Source of the DNA: Thecamonas trahens ATCC 50062
Taxonomy: Eukaryota; Protista; Apusomonadida
Length of the DNA stretch: 46,619 bases
Assembly: GCF_000142905.1 (NCBI RefSeq)
Contig: NW_013657673.1
Location: 571,976-618,594 of the forward strand
Direction of reading: 5' to 3'
Part shown: positions 34,058 to 44,648 of the stretch, in pieces
Layout of the letters: each line of letters begins with the position of its first letter
Numbering within the stretch: the stretch's first letter is position 1
Notes under the pieces: model-generated
Databases searched by the model: none
What the model was told of the DNA's origin: nothing
Seen by the model: the letters and a program-made list of their open reading frames with translations, nothing else
Translations under genes and position numbers: made by a program

Positions 34058-35734
34058 CTACCTCAGCGGGCGGTGTGCTCGCTTCACCGTAGGCGGTATA
34101 AAGTCCGAGTCGTCTGACGTCGACCATGATGAGCTCGACGACGCGTCGCCTGGCGGGGCATATTGTGTCAGGCCCCGATGGCGCTTGGTTGGCCGCTCCG
34201 CTTCCTGGCGGTCGCTTGTGCTGTCGTCAAAGTCGTCGGCGTCGGCGGTAGCGGCGGGGCGTCGGCGTCGGCGTCGGACTTGCCGCTTTGCCGACACCTT
34301 GGGGCTCACCGACCTGCCGCGGCGACGAGCGTGGGAGCGCTGCGGACGCGCATGCTTGTCGAGAGCGATGAGATGAACAATGAGCGCGTCCAGCTCTGCA
34401 AGGGTGAGCCAAGAGTACACAATGAGCTTGTTGGTACGCGGGTGGAGGACATGGCAGAGGTACATCGGACCGTGGTCCGAAGGCACCACGCCGGCGCGGC
34501 GTCTCACCGATATCGGAATGGGTGTGCCATCGGCAAGCTTGTGGTGCATCTGCGGAAAGTAGGTATGGCTCGGCACCTTCTTCGCCTTGACGGCGGCTCG
34601 GATGCGCTTTTTGCGGGTTTGAGACGCGAGCGGATCGACGGACTTGACTGGCCACCGCGGCTGCCGGCTCTGGGCGCTCGGCGGCGACTTTGGCTCTGGA
34701 TTCCGGCTCGACTTGTCCAGCATAGTCATGCACTTAACGATGGCGTCGCGGACAAGGCGAGCCTCTTGAGCAGTGAGCCATCCGGAGAACGCAACTTCGC
34801 GGCGGTAGTCGGCGACGCGAGACTTACCGCACGCATGCCCGACGACAAACTTGTGGAACGCCATGGCCGGGCGGATCGGGTGCATTCGGTACGCAGTGGC
34901 GACTTGGATGTTGAGCACAGCGGTGCGCGAGGTCGCCGAGTCGAGCTTCGGCCAGGTCGGCGGAAACGGTGGGCGGTTTGCTCGTCGCACGACGACAGCC
35001 TCGCGCTTACGGGCGGCAACCTCGAGATTGAGGCCCTCCAGCATGGCCTTTAGCAGTGGCGACGCGTGCAGCAGGAGCTCGCTCGCCTTGCTCACGGCAG
35101 TGCGGGCCGATCGGCTCTTGGGCCGCAGCGACGTCGCGTTGCCCAGCGCCGCCAGATCCGCCGTCCTCATCATGCCTACAGCCTCGGCGGCCGAAGGCAC
35201 ATGCGGGGGCATCGGCAGCTGGCCATTGTGTGCCGTCAAGTACGCAGCCATCCACTCGGCCTCATCACAAGTGAGCCAGCCCGAGTACACCAGCCGCTGA
35301 GGCTTGGCACATATATGCATGTAGAACATGGCGTCATGCTTAGGATGTGTTCCTGAGTCAGCCAGGATTGCTGCTGAGTACGGCTGGCGGGAAGTCGCCG
35401 GCAGAGACCACTTTGGTGGGGCCTTGCGCCGGGCCTGCGGCACGCCAAGGGCATGGATCCTTCGGAGCTCCTTCTCGGCAATCGGATTGACTCCTTCGGG
35501 CCCGATGATGTCCCCTTGTGCGACAGGTAGATCAGGGCCGCAGGTTTGGCCGCGACCGGCACTGGCATCACGCTCACGGCGCTGGCTGACGCTGACGACT
35601 CGGCAGCGCTGTACGCGTCCGTGTCGCTCACTGACGATGGTTCTGGATACGATGACGACGACGATGGTGATGAAAACGACGATGGCAATGACGATGATGA
35701 GGACGATGATGAGGACGAGGACGAGGACGATGAT

Positions 35735-35769
<35 letters not shown>

Positions 35770-35814
35770 AGACGACCTCCTGCCCACCACCCTCGACGAG
35801 CGCAGCTGGACCAT
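34058..35814 (-). CDS. Hypothetical protein, ~585 aa, with N-terminal poly-Ser, three (S/G)WLTxxE repeats and basic stretches
   Basis: MVQLRSSRVVGRRSSSS... (frame of 35236..35982) joins the frame of 34058..35884 by adding one base at CCCC 35512-35515; internal protein-level repeats support coding status. Confidence 0.65.
35648..35778. repeat. (GAC/GAT/GAG)n trinucleotide tract, encoding poly-Ser on the minus strand
   Basis: gacgatgatgaggacgaggacgag... directly visible. Confidence 0.9.
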
Positions 35815-36487
35815 GACAGCGACGCAGCAAGGCGGCGAGCAGTGACTTGGACAGCTGTGCCACAGGTGGGCGTGTGTCGGACAAGCTCTGTGTGGTCGAG
35901 AGAGGCGTGCCAGAAGATGTGGCTCTGGCTCTGGCCCCGGCTGGCGAGTGTGAGAGTCTGGTGACATTGAGCGAGCGAGCAAGACTCTCTAAGAGCGATG
36001 TATGGGGGTGAGCAATGTCGATGGTGCCCTACGGCGCGAGTTAGGAGATGTTGAACATAGCTCTAACTTACAAGGATCATTGGTGTGGGCATGCGAGCTG
36101 TGGATGTGCTTGTGCTATTGCGTACGTGTGCGTGGTTCTGCCCGTCGATGGCCACAGCAGCTGTTTTGCAGCTCTGGCCCTGTGGGGCGAGATTCTACCT
36201 GGTTGCGGCTGGGTCGGTTAAACTGGGCCTCGTTCCACCCTACCCCATCCAGGTAGCCAGCATCACCCCCCACGTCATCCACATGTCCTGCGTAACGCCA
36301 TTCGCCCCGATCTCTCCACGCAACCGTGTTCGCGGCGTTGTCCCCTCGCTCGGCAGCAGGCAGCAGGTCGAGAACGAAAGATTGGGACATTCGATCCGGT
36401 CTGGCTAACGGACACCAGGTGAGGGCGGGAGGCGGAGGGGAGGGAGAAGGACACCACTTGGCTCGAGCAGAGGAGAGCAGGTAGCAT

Positions 36488-38254
36488 ATGTCTAGTGGAC
36501 GTAATACTCCCAGTCGGGGCCTTCGGAAAGGAACGGGTTCGCCTGTCCCGCCGCGGTCGATGGCTCCGTCTCCGGCAGCCGTTGGGCGCCCGTCCTCAGC
36601 CTCGTCCGACCAGACGCTGCTGGCTGGCCACTTTCGCGTCATCCGCTCAGAGCTGCCAGAGGCCACCGACGCACGAGAGGCGAGCAAGGGCTCGCTGCTG
36701 ACTCGCTCGTCGTCAGGCGTACGTGATGGGCCAAGCAAGTCAGAGGCGAGCTCAAGCAGCGTGTCGTTGTCGCGCAAACGGGCGAGGGCCGAGCCACCGA
36801 GCCCGGCGGCGGCGGCGGCGGCGATGGCGGTCGTGCTTCAGCCGTCTGGCGATGAGCCCAAACCGAACCCAGCGAAGAAGGCGCGACTGCTGTCGTCGGC
36901 GCACACTAAGTCGCGTGTCGAGTCGCCGCTCGAGCTGGTGTTCACCGCAGGCGGCGGCGAGGAGGACGAGGACGCCGATGCCGAGTCTGCAGCCGCTGCT
37001 GCGGTAGCCGCTGCGGCAGCTGGTACCGGGGTGGGCGGAGTGGGCGGATCGTCGCCGTCGCCATCGCCGCCGCCGCAGCGTGTGGCCCAGCGCGAGAGTG
37101 CAGGTGCGGGAGCGGGCCGCAAGCCGACGGCGCGGATCACACCGCGGGCCGCGATGCTGCGGGCGGCGGCAGCAGCACGGTCGGGCAAAGGAGGCGCTGC
37201 GCGACGGGTTGGTAGGCCCGACGAGAGTGGTGGCAGTGGCAGCAGCAGCAGTCGAGTGGCAGGGAGCAGGATGGCGGGACTAGGTGGGCGCAAGGTGCCA
37301 CCGCGGCGCAAGTTTGTGGCCGACGAGCTCAACGAGCTGGCCAAGGTGTTCAAGGAAATGGAGGCGTCGCTAATGGCGATGAAGCTACAGCGGCGTGGCG
37401 CGTCACGGTTTGAGCTTGGAGCTGTGGGCATGGTTTCGATTTCGTTGAGCGTGGCGCGATTTACCAAGATTGTGGCGCTGGTGCCGGACATGTACGGCTC
37501 GATCGTGCGGGGTGAGACGACGAAGAGCAATGTGTCCGGCATCTCATTTGCGCTTGCCGGACCCAGCGCTGGGCCAGTCCGGCGCGCCAAGTTTGAAGCT
37601 GTACTGATGCAGCTGGACAAGGCCGTGGCGCTCGGCGGGCGTGACGTGTACCCGGGCGGAGTGGCGTCGATGATCGAGGCCCGGGTCGATGCGCTCCCGC
37701 ACGCAGTCAAGAGCGTGCTCAGGGTCGGTGCGGCACCGGCATCGCAGAAGAACTCGCTCTCGCTGGCGACCACGCCGCAATCTCCGTTCTCGGTCCATTC
37801 TCGGGTCGCGTCACGCATCGGCGGCGGCAGCAGGTCTGTTGCGGCGGCGTCTGGCAAGGCGAGCAAAGAGGCGGCGAGGAGTACATCCGCAGTGACGGGC
37901 GAGGCGTCGCTGGCGGCACGAATTGCGGCGCGCGAGAAGGCCAACCTGCAGGCGGCACAGGCGGCGACCAAGGAGAGCATGTTCTCGATCCGGCGGCTGC
38001 GACAGTGCGCCCAGTTCCTGGTGGTCAAGTTTGCGGCCAAGTCGGCGCTGCCGCTCCGCGGCATTGTCGACGCCGGGATTTTCACTTTTCGGAACCAGTA
38101 CGCGGTGAGGTACGAGACGTCATCATTTGCACGACTGCTCAATGAGCTCACTACCGCGTTGCCTCCCGGTGCGCTGAGCGTCGAGAGCGTGTCCGGCATC
38201 CGCTATCTACGGGTGGATGACAAATCAGCGTTGCGCGCGTTTGGCAGATTGTGA
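36488..38254 (+). CDS. CDT1: DNA replication licensing factor CDT1, 588 aa
   Basis: N-terminal PIP-like QTLLAGHFRVIR; Cy-like KKARLL; central winged helix LAKVFKEME...KIVALVPDMY...RRAKF; LAARIAARE (compare LLERIRAKE); C-terminal winged helix LLNELTTALP...IRYLRVD. Confidence 0.75.
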   Translation: MSSGRNTPSRGLRKGTGSPVPPRSMAPSPAAVGRPSSASSDQTLLAGHFRVIRSELPEATDAREASKGSLLTRSSSGVRDGPSKSEASSSSVSLSRKRARAEPPSPAAAAAAMAVVLQPSGDEPKPNPAKKARLLSSAHTKSRVESPLELVFTAGGGEEDEDADAESAAAAAVAAAAAGTGVGGVGGSSPSPSPPPQRVAQRESAGAGAGRKPTARITPRAAMLRAAAAARSGKGGAARRVGRPDESGGSGSSSSRVAGSRMAGLGGRKVPPRRKFVADELNELAKVFKEMEASLMAMKLQRRGASRFELGAVGMVSISLSVARFTKIVALVPDMYGSIVRGETTKSNVSGISFALAGPSAGPVRRAKFEAVLMQLDKAVALGGRDVYPGGVASMIEARVDALPHAVKSVLRVGAAPASQKNSLSLATTPQSPFSVHSRVASRIGGGSRSVAAASGKASKEAARSTSAVTGEASLAARIAAREKANLQAAQAATKESMFSIRRLRQCAQFLVVKFAAKSALPLRGIVDAGIFTFRNQYAVRYETSSFARLLNELTTALPPGALSVESVSGIRYLRVDDKSALRAFGRL

Positions 38255-38723
38255 GCGCATGTGTTCAATAATTGAATTACGCCAAAAAAGTCGCGTGACA
38301 GTTATTGGCTACTCAAAGTGCGGCTCAGGAGTTGCATGAATGTTGCGGACGCGCCGCAAGATCCGGTGTGAGACCGGGTGAGGCTCCCACCATGGCGAGC
38401 CGTTGAGGGCGCGCGACGAACAGCCAAGTCCGATCCTTCCTCCTACGCTTTAGAAAGAGTCTGAAAAAGGACTTGGAGTTGTTGCTTCTCCAGAAAGCAA
38501 GCATTGTGCGGGCCTTTTCGTAGGTTGCATTGCGTTGCCCTGCCTGCCGACGGTCAACGGTTCGATCTCGCGTTCCGCACGACATGCGTTCGCTGACAGG
38601 CTGGCACTCGACACACTGCGGCGACGCGCGTTTGTCGTGGAGGGAGCCGTGAAGAGGTGGTAGTTCAACACCCTTCTCTCCCGTTACTCAGCGCGGTCTT
38701 CGCAGGGAGCATATTGTGGAGCT

Positions 38724-41700
38724 ATGCCTGTATCAGGCGACGGTGGCGTGACGCAAACGGATAGGGTTGGAAGCCGGCGAGGTGGTTGTGCGGGTGGGGG
38801 TGACCAGGTCCAACCAAGCGGCGGAACTCATTCGCCGACGGCCGACCGCGAACAGTCATGCCGCATTGGAAGCGGTCTCGACGGCAGTATCGCTTCGGCT
38901 GACACGTCCCGGCTGGGCTGGTCCTCCTCGTCCTCCTCTTCCTCCTCTTCGCCGTCCTCATTATCATCATCGACAGCAGGGCCATCGGCGGAGGTGCGAG
39001 AGGCGGAGAACGACGTGGGTGACTCATCGTCATCTCTGCGGTCGAGCGCATCGTACGACTCGGTTTCGCTCGGCGATGCCAACAGGGATTGCGACGGCGA
39101 GCTTGTTGCCGACAACGCAGTGCCGGGTGGCTCTGTTGGAAGTCTTGCGATTGAGCTCGACCGGTCGTGGAAGTCGGATGGTCTGCCCGAGGTGGCGACC
39201 GAGGCCGAGGCCGAAGCCGAGGCCGAGTCTGACGAAGCGGTGATGCGGGCGATGCGCGGCAACCTTGAAGCGTGGCAGGTTACGGCGCCAATGGCCAAGG
39301 GCCGAGAGACTGTGACCAGAGGCTGGAAGCGCGGACTGCGGGGTCTGCTGTTGTCGCTTGTGGATGCGCGAACACCGACGTTTGTGCGGCCGCGAGTGTC
39401 GATGCAGATTGTGCCGCTGGTGGTGACCGGCATCGAGTTTATACAACTCTTTACGCTTGCGCTATTTATCTCAAGACTTGCGGTGCCCGACGCGATGATG
39501 CGCATATTTTCTGTGGCCGCACTCGACTTGCTCATTGGATTCTCGAGCTCGATCGGCAGCGGCGTTGTGTCAGTGTTTGCGGCTCTCGCGGTTGCGGCGG
39601 TGACGTGCAACGCGGCGGTGCTCTACTCGCTGAGAAGCGGCTCACCAGAGCCGCCAGCCCTCGTCTCCCGTGTTGCGTCTGGGCTTGGGCGAGTGCTTGG
39701 GAGGGTTCTGTACCTGCCGGCCCTACATGCCCTGCTTCAACCGCTGGGGCATCTGTGGGGCTGCGAGTGTGCGAGCGAATGGGGCCTGGGCGGTGCGATG
39801 TTTGCGGCGATTCTGGTTTCAGTGCATGCGGTAATGGCGTGTGTGCTGGTGGCGAACCTGTTTCCTGCGGACCCGCGGTCGGGACATGTGGCACGGCGGG
39901 CGAACTCTTGGCTAGACGTGATGATCCTGTTTGGCAAGACGTGGTGGGCGGTGGCGGCGGTCGCTACCGATGCCCAAACCATGCGGCTGGCCGTGCTAGT
40001 GTCACTGGCTGGGGTGGCTGCGGTTTTGGCAGGCGTGACGTGCCTGATGCAACCGTTCTTTGTGGCAGCGATGAACAAGGCGTACTGCGGACTGTTTGCT
40101 GGTCTCGCTGCAGTCATTGTCGTGCTTGCCGGTGCTTGCAGCGACAACTGCGGGAGCGAGCTGTCAATGGTGGCTGTGGCGTCGTCTTTGCTCATCGGAC
40201 TCGGCGCCGGAGCGCTCGGCGCTCGAGTTGTGGCGCCTTCGCGAAAGTCGATGACGATTATCTACTATGTCGGAAGAATGCTTCACAAGCTGGAGCTCGG
40301 GTATGTTGCTGCCGACGTGTACGAGTACAATCTTGAGCGACTGCTGGTCTCTCCGCAACGGCTGGGGCTGTACGGCAACTACCTTGCGATTTCGGTGCAG
40401 GACTATGACGGAGCGAATGTGTTTTTTGAGGCTGCGTTTGCGCATGGGGTGACTGGTACGCACATCGGCCAGGTGGCGGCGTGGCGCGGGTCGCTTGGCG
40501 AGGAGTCGACAATGGCGACAGCGTTTGTGGAGCTTGCGCTGCGGCTGACAGCGACGCCTCGGGCGGTGGTGCTCTCGTTTTGCACATCGCCGTCACTTGA
40601 CACTCCCCAGCGGAACATCGACATGATGTTTCTCCACTTGCGGCAGCTTGTGCGGGAGATCGACGACGTGGAACTGATGTACACTACGCTCAACACGGCA
40701 GAGGTCGTGGCGGCGACAGAGAAATCCCCGCAGTTCCCGTTCCTCCTTCAGCAGCTCCTCTGGTCGCGCTTTGGCGGCAGCCGTTTGGCGCAGCTTGGCT
40801 CGGCACGTGAGCATGTGGTGGCGCGTTTCATGGCATTTGCCGCCAAGCATCGCAGTACACTCTCGGAGGACTCGGTCAACGTACTCGCTGACATCATCCG
40901 GGGACCCGAACATCTCATGGCAAGCTCGACGCTGGCGGCAGCGATGCAGTCGCAAGTCACGATTATTGTCGACATGCCCAGTGCGGTCGGAGGCTTGAGT
41001 GTTGGTGGCATCGACATGTGGAGCTCGGTGACACGAGTTAACGATCGCGAATGCAATGAGGCATCACCGAGCTCGCATCGGTATGGATTTGGCGCTGTGC
41101 TTGCACATGCGCTCACCGAGTTTATCATCTCTCTGAGCGTGGGCGGCGCGGAGGCGACTGTGATCATGGTCGAAAACTACAACGTGGTGGACCGGGCGAC
41201 CCACGCTGCGCTGCGTGTACTGCTGTGCGAGAAGCCCGAGATCTCGCTTGTAGTGGTGACTGATGCACGGGCCCACAAAGGCGGGCGTGTGCTGGATGAG
41301 GCGTGTGGAGTCTGGGCAGCCGATGGCGACGCCATAGACGGGGCTCTGGACGAGTCAGTGGCGTGCCTCAGCACGTGCACATCGATTGAGCGCTTTCGCC
41401 TCGAGATGATGGGCGGGTCATCGGCAATGGCTAAGCTCCCGGGCATGGCTGGGCTGGCGTTTGATGTCGTGGTGGGTGAGTCGACACGAGTGTGCGCGAT
41501 CTGCTGTGCAAGCCATGTAGCGCGCGATGGCAACTGGCTGTGTGATACAGTTCCGGAGCGCAACCCGTCTGAGGGCTGGGTTGCCCGCGACTCGGGGTCT
41601 CTTGCTTCTGCGACGATTGTGTTTGATCCGCTGTTCCGATGCGACGAGTCTGACGTTGCCGGTACGAATGCATCAGCCGTGACCGAGTCGCCTTTGGATC

Positions 41701-44456
41701 CACCCACGCCTGGCATAAGCACGCCTGACGAGTCTTGCAACGGGCTGGTGGGGAGTGGGCTGTCGACACGGAGTACCGTGAGCTTGGGAAATGGCGGCGG
41801 CAACAGTTTGCTTATGCGTCCCGAGTCAGGGCGAGCACAGACAGCCTTGTCGCACGGAGAGGTCTCGAGCGACGTCAGCGCACGGCGTCCACCGCGGCCG
41901 GTGCGGAGCACGCCGTCGCGACGCAAGCGCAAGAGTGACAGGCCAGGGCCACAGCGGAGCAAGCGCCGGGTAGCGCCGGGACTGATGGGCCTCGACAAAG
42001 TGCAGGCCGAAGTTGCGTCGCAGCAAGCGCTGAGCTCGATGTGGCTGGGAGGCCGGGCATCGTCGTCGACGTCAAAGCGGATGGCAGAGAGCGGGGTGCT
42101 GTGCCATGACGCGGCGCGAACGTGTGCAGCCTCGCTGCGCAGTGCCGTTCTTGACTCTGTGCTCAAGAGCCTTGACTTGCGCGGGCTCGACGATATGTTT
42201 GATTCGGTGGCTGTCCTGCTCGAGTTGGCTGCGGTGGTGGGGCGGAGTCACGATACGGCTGTGCTTGCGCTGGCGTATGCCCGTCTGCGTAGCAAGCCAG
42301 ATACGCTGGGCGACACCGAGCTTGCCGCTATGGTGCAGGCGGCGCAGCGGGTCGAGTTTCAGGTTGTCTTCCGGCTCTTAAGGCAGATGGAAATCCTCGA
42401 GTCGACGGCGATGACCGAGCGGCCACAGTTTGCCTTTGTCTACGGCATTGAGCGATTTGCGCTGTTGGCAACGCTCTCGTCGCGGGCCATAGAGTTCTAC
42501 TCGTACCATATCGGGCGCGCATTGGCCGAGACCGACCACAGCGTCTACTCCCATCCTCTGATGTACATTGGATGGAGCAAGGCGGCATGGGACACGCAGC
42601 TGCTCATCCCAGCTTACATCGAGCTTGTGGGCAAGGATGCGACGCGCAGCATCGAGCGCGCCAGGGAACTCCTCCTTCTTATCCACCACAACGACCGACT
42701 GCGTGGCTCCTCTGTAGTGCCTGCTCACATGCAGTCGGCCGGACCGAGCACGTCAGAGATGGACTCGAGGTTTGTGGACGGGGCAACACCCGACCTCGAG
42801 GCCGGACAGAGTGGAGGCAGCCCGGTAGGAAGTGAGGTTTTGGACCTTCTCACGCCGCACCTGCACCATGTGGCGGCAAAGGTCCCGGGCAAGTACCTTG
42901 GCGAGGCATCGTCGTTTGCCGAACGGGCCGAGGCGGCGTCTGGGTTTGTCAAGGTGAGCATGGCGGATCGGCAGCTTGCGCTCACCGTCTATGCGGTCGA
43001 CTTGCTGCGGCGGGCCACCAGCGCACTCTTCAATCACAACGTGGAGACGGAAAACATTGACGATGTTGTAACGCTGCTGGATGCGCATGCAAACGACGTT
43101 GAGTCACAACTTGGTGCGAACTCTGTGGAGACTCGTGTACGGTTTGTACAGGGAGATCTGGCTGCGGCACACGACTCGCTGGTGGCCGGGGCCATGCTTG
43201 CGCGTGCAGAGGGCGTGACGACGACGACAAGCCGGAGCATGCAGAAGATGTACACGGCCGGTGGCTGGGTGCTGTGGAAGATTGGCGATTTTAAGCACTC
43301 GCACGCGTGGCAGCGTATTGCTCTGCGGATGGCGCGAATGCTTGACGACCCGTCGCTGACGGTGTACGCAATGACTGGGCTCGGCATTGCGGCGCGAGAC
43401 ATGGGCCGGTCCGGCGAGGCTGAGGCGTGGCTGTTGCAGGCACGTCACATCTCCCAGTGGATCGGCAACTTGGCGTGGATGGCGTACGTAGACTCGGCGC
43501 TTATGACCGGGTACCTCCGGTCAGGCGAGCTGACCAAGGCGCGCAACCTGTGCATCGAGACGTATGATAAGTGCGCACTGCCGTGGGCGGTGGACAAGGC
43601 GCTCACGACCCTTCTTTCAATTGCTGTCTTGCAACACGACCAAACTATGTTCCAGCACTGGCTCGCGACAGTCATGTCGGCGTCTTCATCCCGACTGGTC
43701 CTCGCTGACGCGCTGGCGCTTGCGGCTATGCTCGCCATGCAGGGCTTTCTTCTTGTCGAGGGTCTCGTGACCGGTGACAACGCGGTCCGCGCCATGCGGC
43801 TCCCACACACCATCACCGAGTGTCGGAGGCCCCTCAAGCTCGCCATCTATGGCTACGGCTCACTCGAAGTGGCGGCAGCACGTACGCGGTTACTTGCGGA
43901 AGAGGTGAAGGCTGTCGGGCTGGCTATGGAACCAGCCAAGCTGGTGCCGTCCGAGGCGCGAGTGATCCGAGCCGCGATGATGGCAGTGACGCTGGTGGCA
44001 GCGGATGTGCTTGCGCGCGGACAAGAGGTCCTCGGCGAGCTGCAACTGCCTGGCAGTCGTCCAGCCAACAACATCCTTGTCGGTTTTGACGCCATTCGAG
44101 TCGATTCACTCGCCGAGGTCGGGGCGACGCCGGCGGTCGACGACGCTGAGCAGTGGCCAGAGGCGAACTCGGAGCAGATCGGCCGGACGCGCTGGGACGT
44201 TCTAGCGTACATGAATCTCGTACCGGAGATGCGGGCCGCACTTTTGAAGTCGCGTCGCGCGGGATTCAAGAGGTATGACGGCGTGTTTGTTGCCGCCGAG
44301 CTTATCGACTGGCTCATCGAGTATGGGATGGCTTCGTCACGGGCGACGGCAGTCATCCACGGCATTCACATGATGGAGTACGGCCTCATCGCACATGTGG
44401 AGCGGCGCGAGATGTTTGCGGACAGCTCGAACCTGCTTTTCGTGTTCTTTGTGTAG
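38724..44456 (+). CDS. Multi-pass membrane protein, 1,910 aa, with degenerate STAND/AAA-like NTPase module, TPR-like repeats and C-terminal DEP domain
   Basis: Uninterrupted ORF. About 7-8 hydrophobic helices at ~39410-40270; Walker-B-like TVIMVENYNVVDRAT; winged-helix-like LLELAAVVGRSHD; TPR-like helices at ~43120-43650; DEP motif KRYDGVFVAAELIDWL...SRATAV...GLIAHV...FADSSNLLFVF. Confidence 0.8.
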   Translation: MPVSGDGGVTQTDRVGSRRGGCAGGGDQVQPSGGTHSPTADREQSCRIGSGLDGSIASADTSRLGWSSSSSSSSSSPSSLSSSTAGPSAEVREAENDVGDSSSSLRSSASYDSVSLGDANRDCDGELVADNAVPGGSVGSLAIELDRSWKSDGLPEVATEAEAEAEAESDEAVMRAMRGNLEAWQVTAPMAKGRETVTRGWKRGLRGLLLSLVDARTPTFVRPRVSMQIVPLVVTGIEFIQLFTLALFISRLAVPDAMMRIFSVAALDLLIGFSSSIGSGVVSVFAALAVAAVTCNAAVLYSLRSGSPEPPALVSRVASGLGRVLGRVLYLPALHALLQPLGHLWGCECASEWGLGGAMFAAILVSVHAVMACVLVANLFPADPRSGHVARRANSWLDVMILFGKTWWAVAAVATDAQTMRLAVLVSLAGVAAVLAGVTCLMQPFFVAAMNKAYCGLFAGLAAVIVVLAGACSDNCGSELSMVAVASSLLIGLGAGALGARVVAPSRKSMTIIYYVGRMLHKLELGYVAADVYEYNLERLLVSPQRLGLYGNYLAISVQDYDGANVFFEAAFAHGVTGTHIGQVAAWRGSLGEESTMATAFVELALRLTATPRAVVLSFCTSPSLDTPQRNIDMMFLHLRQLVREIDDVELMYTTLNTAEVVAATEKSPQFPFLLQQLLWSRFGGSRLAQLGSAREHVVARFMAFAAKHRSTLSEDSVNVLADIIRGPEHLMASSTLAAAMQSQVTIIVDMPSAVGGLSVGGIDMWSSVTRVNDRECNEASPSSHRYGFGAVLAHALTEFIISLSVGGAEATVIMVENYNVVDRATHAALRVLLCEKPEISLVVVTDARAHKGGRVLDEACGVWAADGDAIDGALDESVACLSTCTSIERFRLEMMGGSSAMAKLPGMAGLAFDVVVGESTRVCAICCASHVARDGNWLCDTVPERNPSEGWVARDSGSLASATIVFDPLFRCDESDVAGTNASAVTESPLDPPTPGISTPDESCNGLVGSGLSTRSTVSLGNGGGNSLLMRPESGRAQTALSHGEVSSDVSARRPPRPVRSTPSRRKRKSDRPGPQRSKRRVAPGLMGLDKVQAEVASQQALSSMWLGGRASSSTSKRMAESGVLCHDAARTCAASLRSAVLDSVLKSLDLRGLDDMFDSVAVLLELAAVVGRSHDTAVLALAYARLRSKPDTLGDTELAAMVQAAQRVEFQVVFRLLRQMEILESTAMTERPQFAFVYGIERFALLATLSSRAIEFYSYHIGRALAETDHSVYSHPLMYIGWSKAAWDTQLLIPAYIELVGKDATRSIERARELLLLIHHNDRLRGSSVVPAHMQSAGPSTSEMDSRFVDGATPDLEAGQSGGSPVGSEVLDLLTPHLHHVAAKVPGKYLGEASSFAERAEAASGFVKVSMADRQLALTVYAVDLLRRATSALFNHNVETENIDDVVTLLDAHANDVESQLGANSVETRVRFVQGDLAAAHDSLVAGAMLARAEGVTTTTSRSMQKMYTAGGWVLWKIGDFKHSHAWQRIALRMARMLDDPSLTVYAMTGLGIAARDMGRSGEAEAWLLQARHISQWIGNLAWMAYVDSALMTGYLRSGELTKARNLCIETYDKCALPWAVDKALTTLLSIAVLQHDQTMFQHWLATVMSASSSRLVLADALALAAMLAMQGFLLVEGLVTGDNAVRAMRLPHTITECRRPLKLAIYGYGSLEVAAARTRLLAEEVKAVGLAMEPAKLVPSEARVIRAAMMAVTLVAADVLARGQEVLGELQLPGSRPANNILVGFDAIRVDSLAEVGATPAVDDAEQWPEANSEQIGRTRWDVLAYMNLVPEMRAALLKSRRAGFKRYDGVFVAAELIDWLIEYGMASSRATAVIHGIHMMEYGLIAHVERREMFADSSNLLFVFFV

Positions 44457-44648
44457 CACTGTAAAGCGTACGGCGACGAGATTGTGTGAAGGTATTGTGC
44501 GGCGGGAGCATGATGGGCAAGGCGGGGAGAAGGAGGAGAGAAGGAGGTGGGGGAAGGGACTGATACATTGCCACTTGTGTCACTACCCACAGGTATATCA
44601 TACTCTACTTTCGCTCTGCCTAGCCTGTTCGGGGTTGTGCCAAGCCGC

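Noticed and set aside
3671-35515. Tiny introns as the cause of the frame changes
   Set aside because: No consistent GT...AG pair at the junctions, and adding a single base restores continuous domain motifs.
35546-35845. Asp/Glu-rich + strand ORF
   Set aside because: Antisense shadow of the poly-Ser tract of the minus-strand gene.
36838-38199. Long antisense ORFs here and elsewhere (e.g. 26138..27418, 27819..29048, 41177..42166)
   Set aside because: They overlap better-supported genes, show no motifs, and are expected at this GC content.
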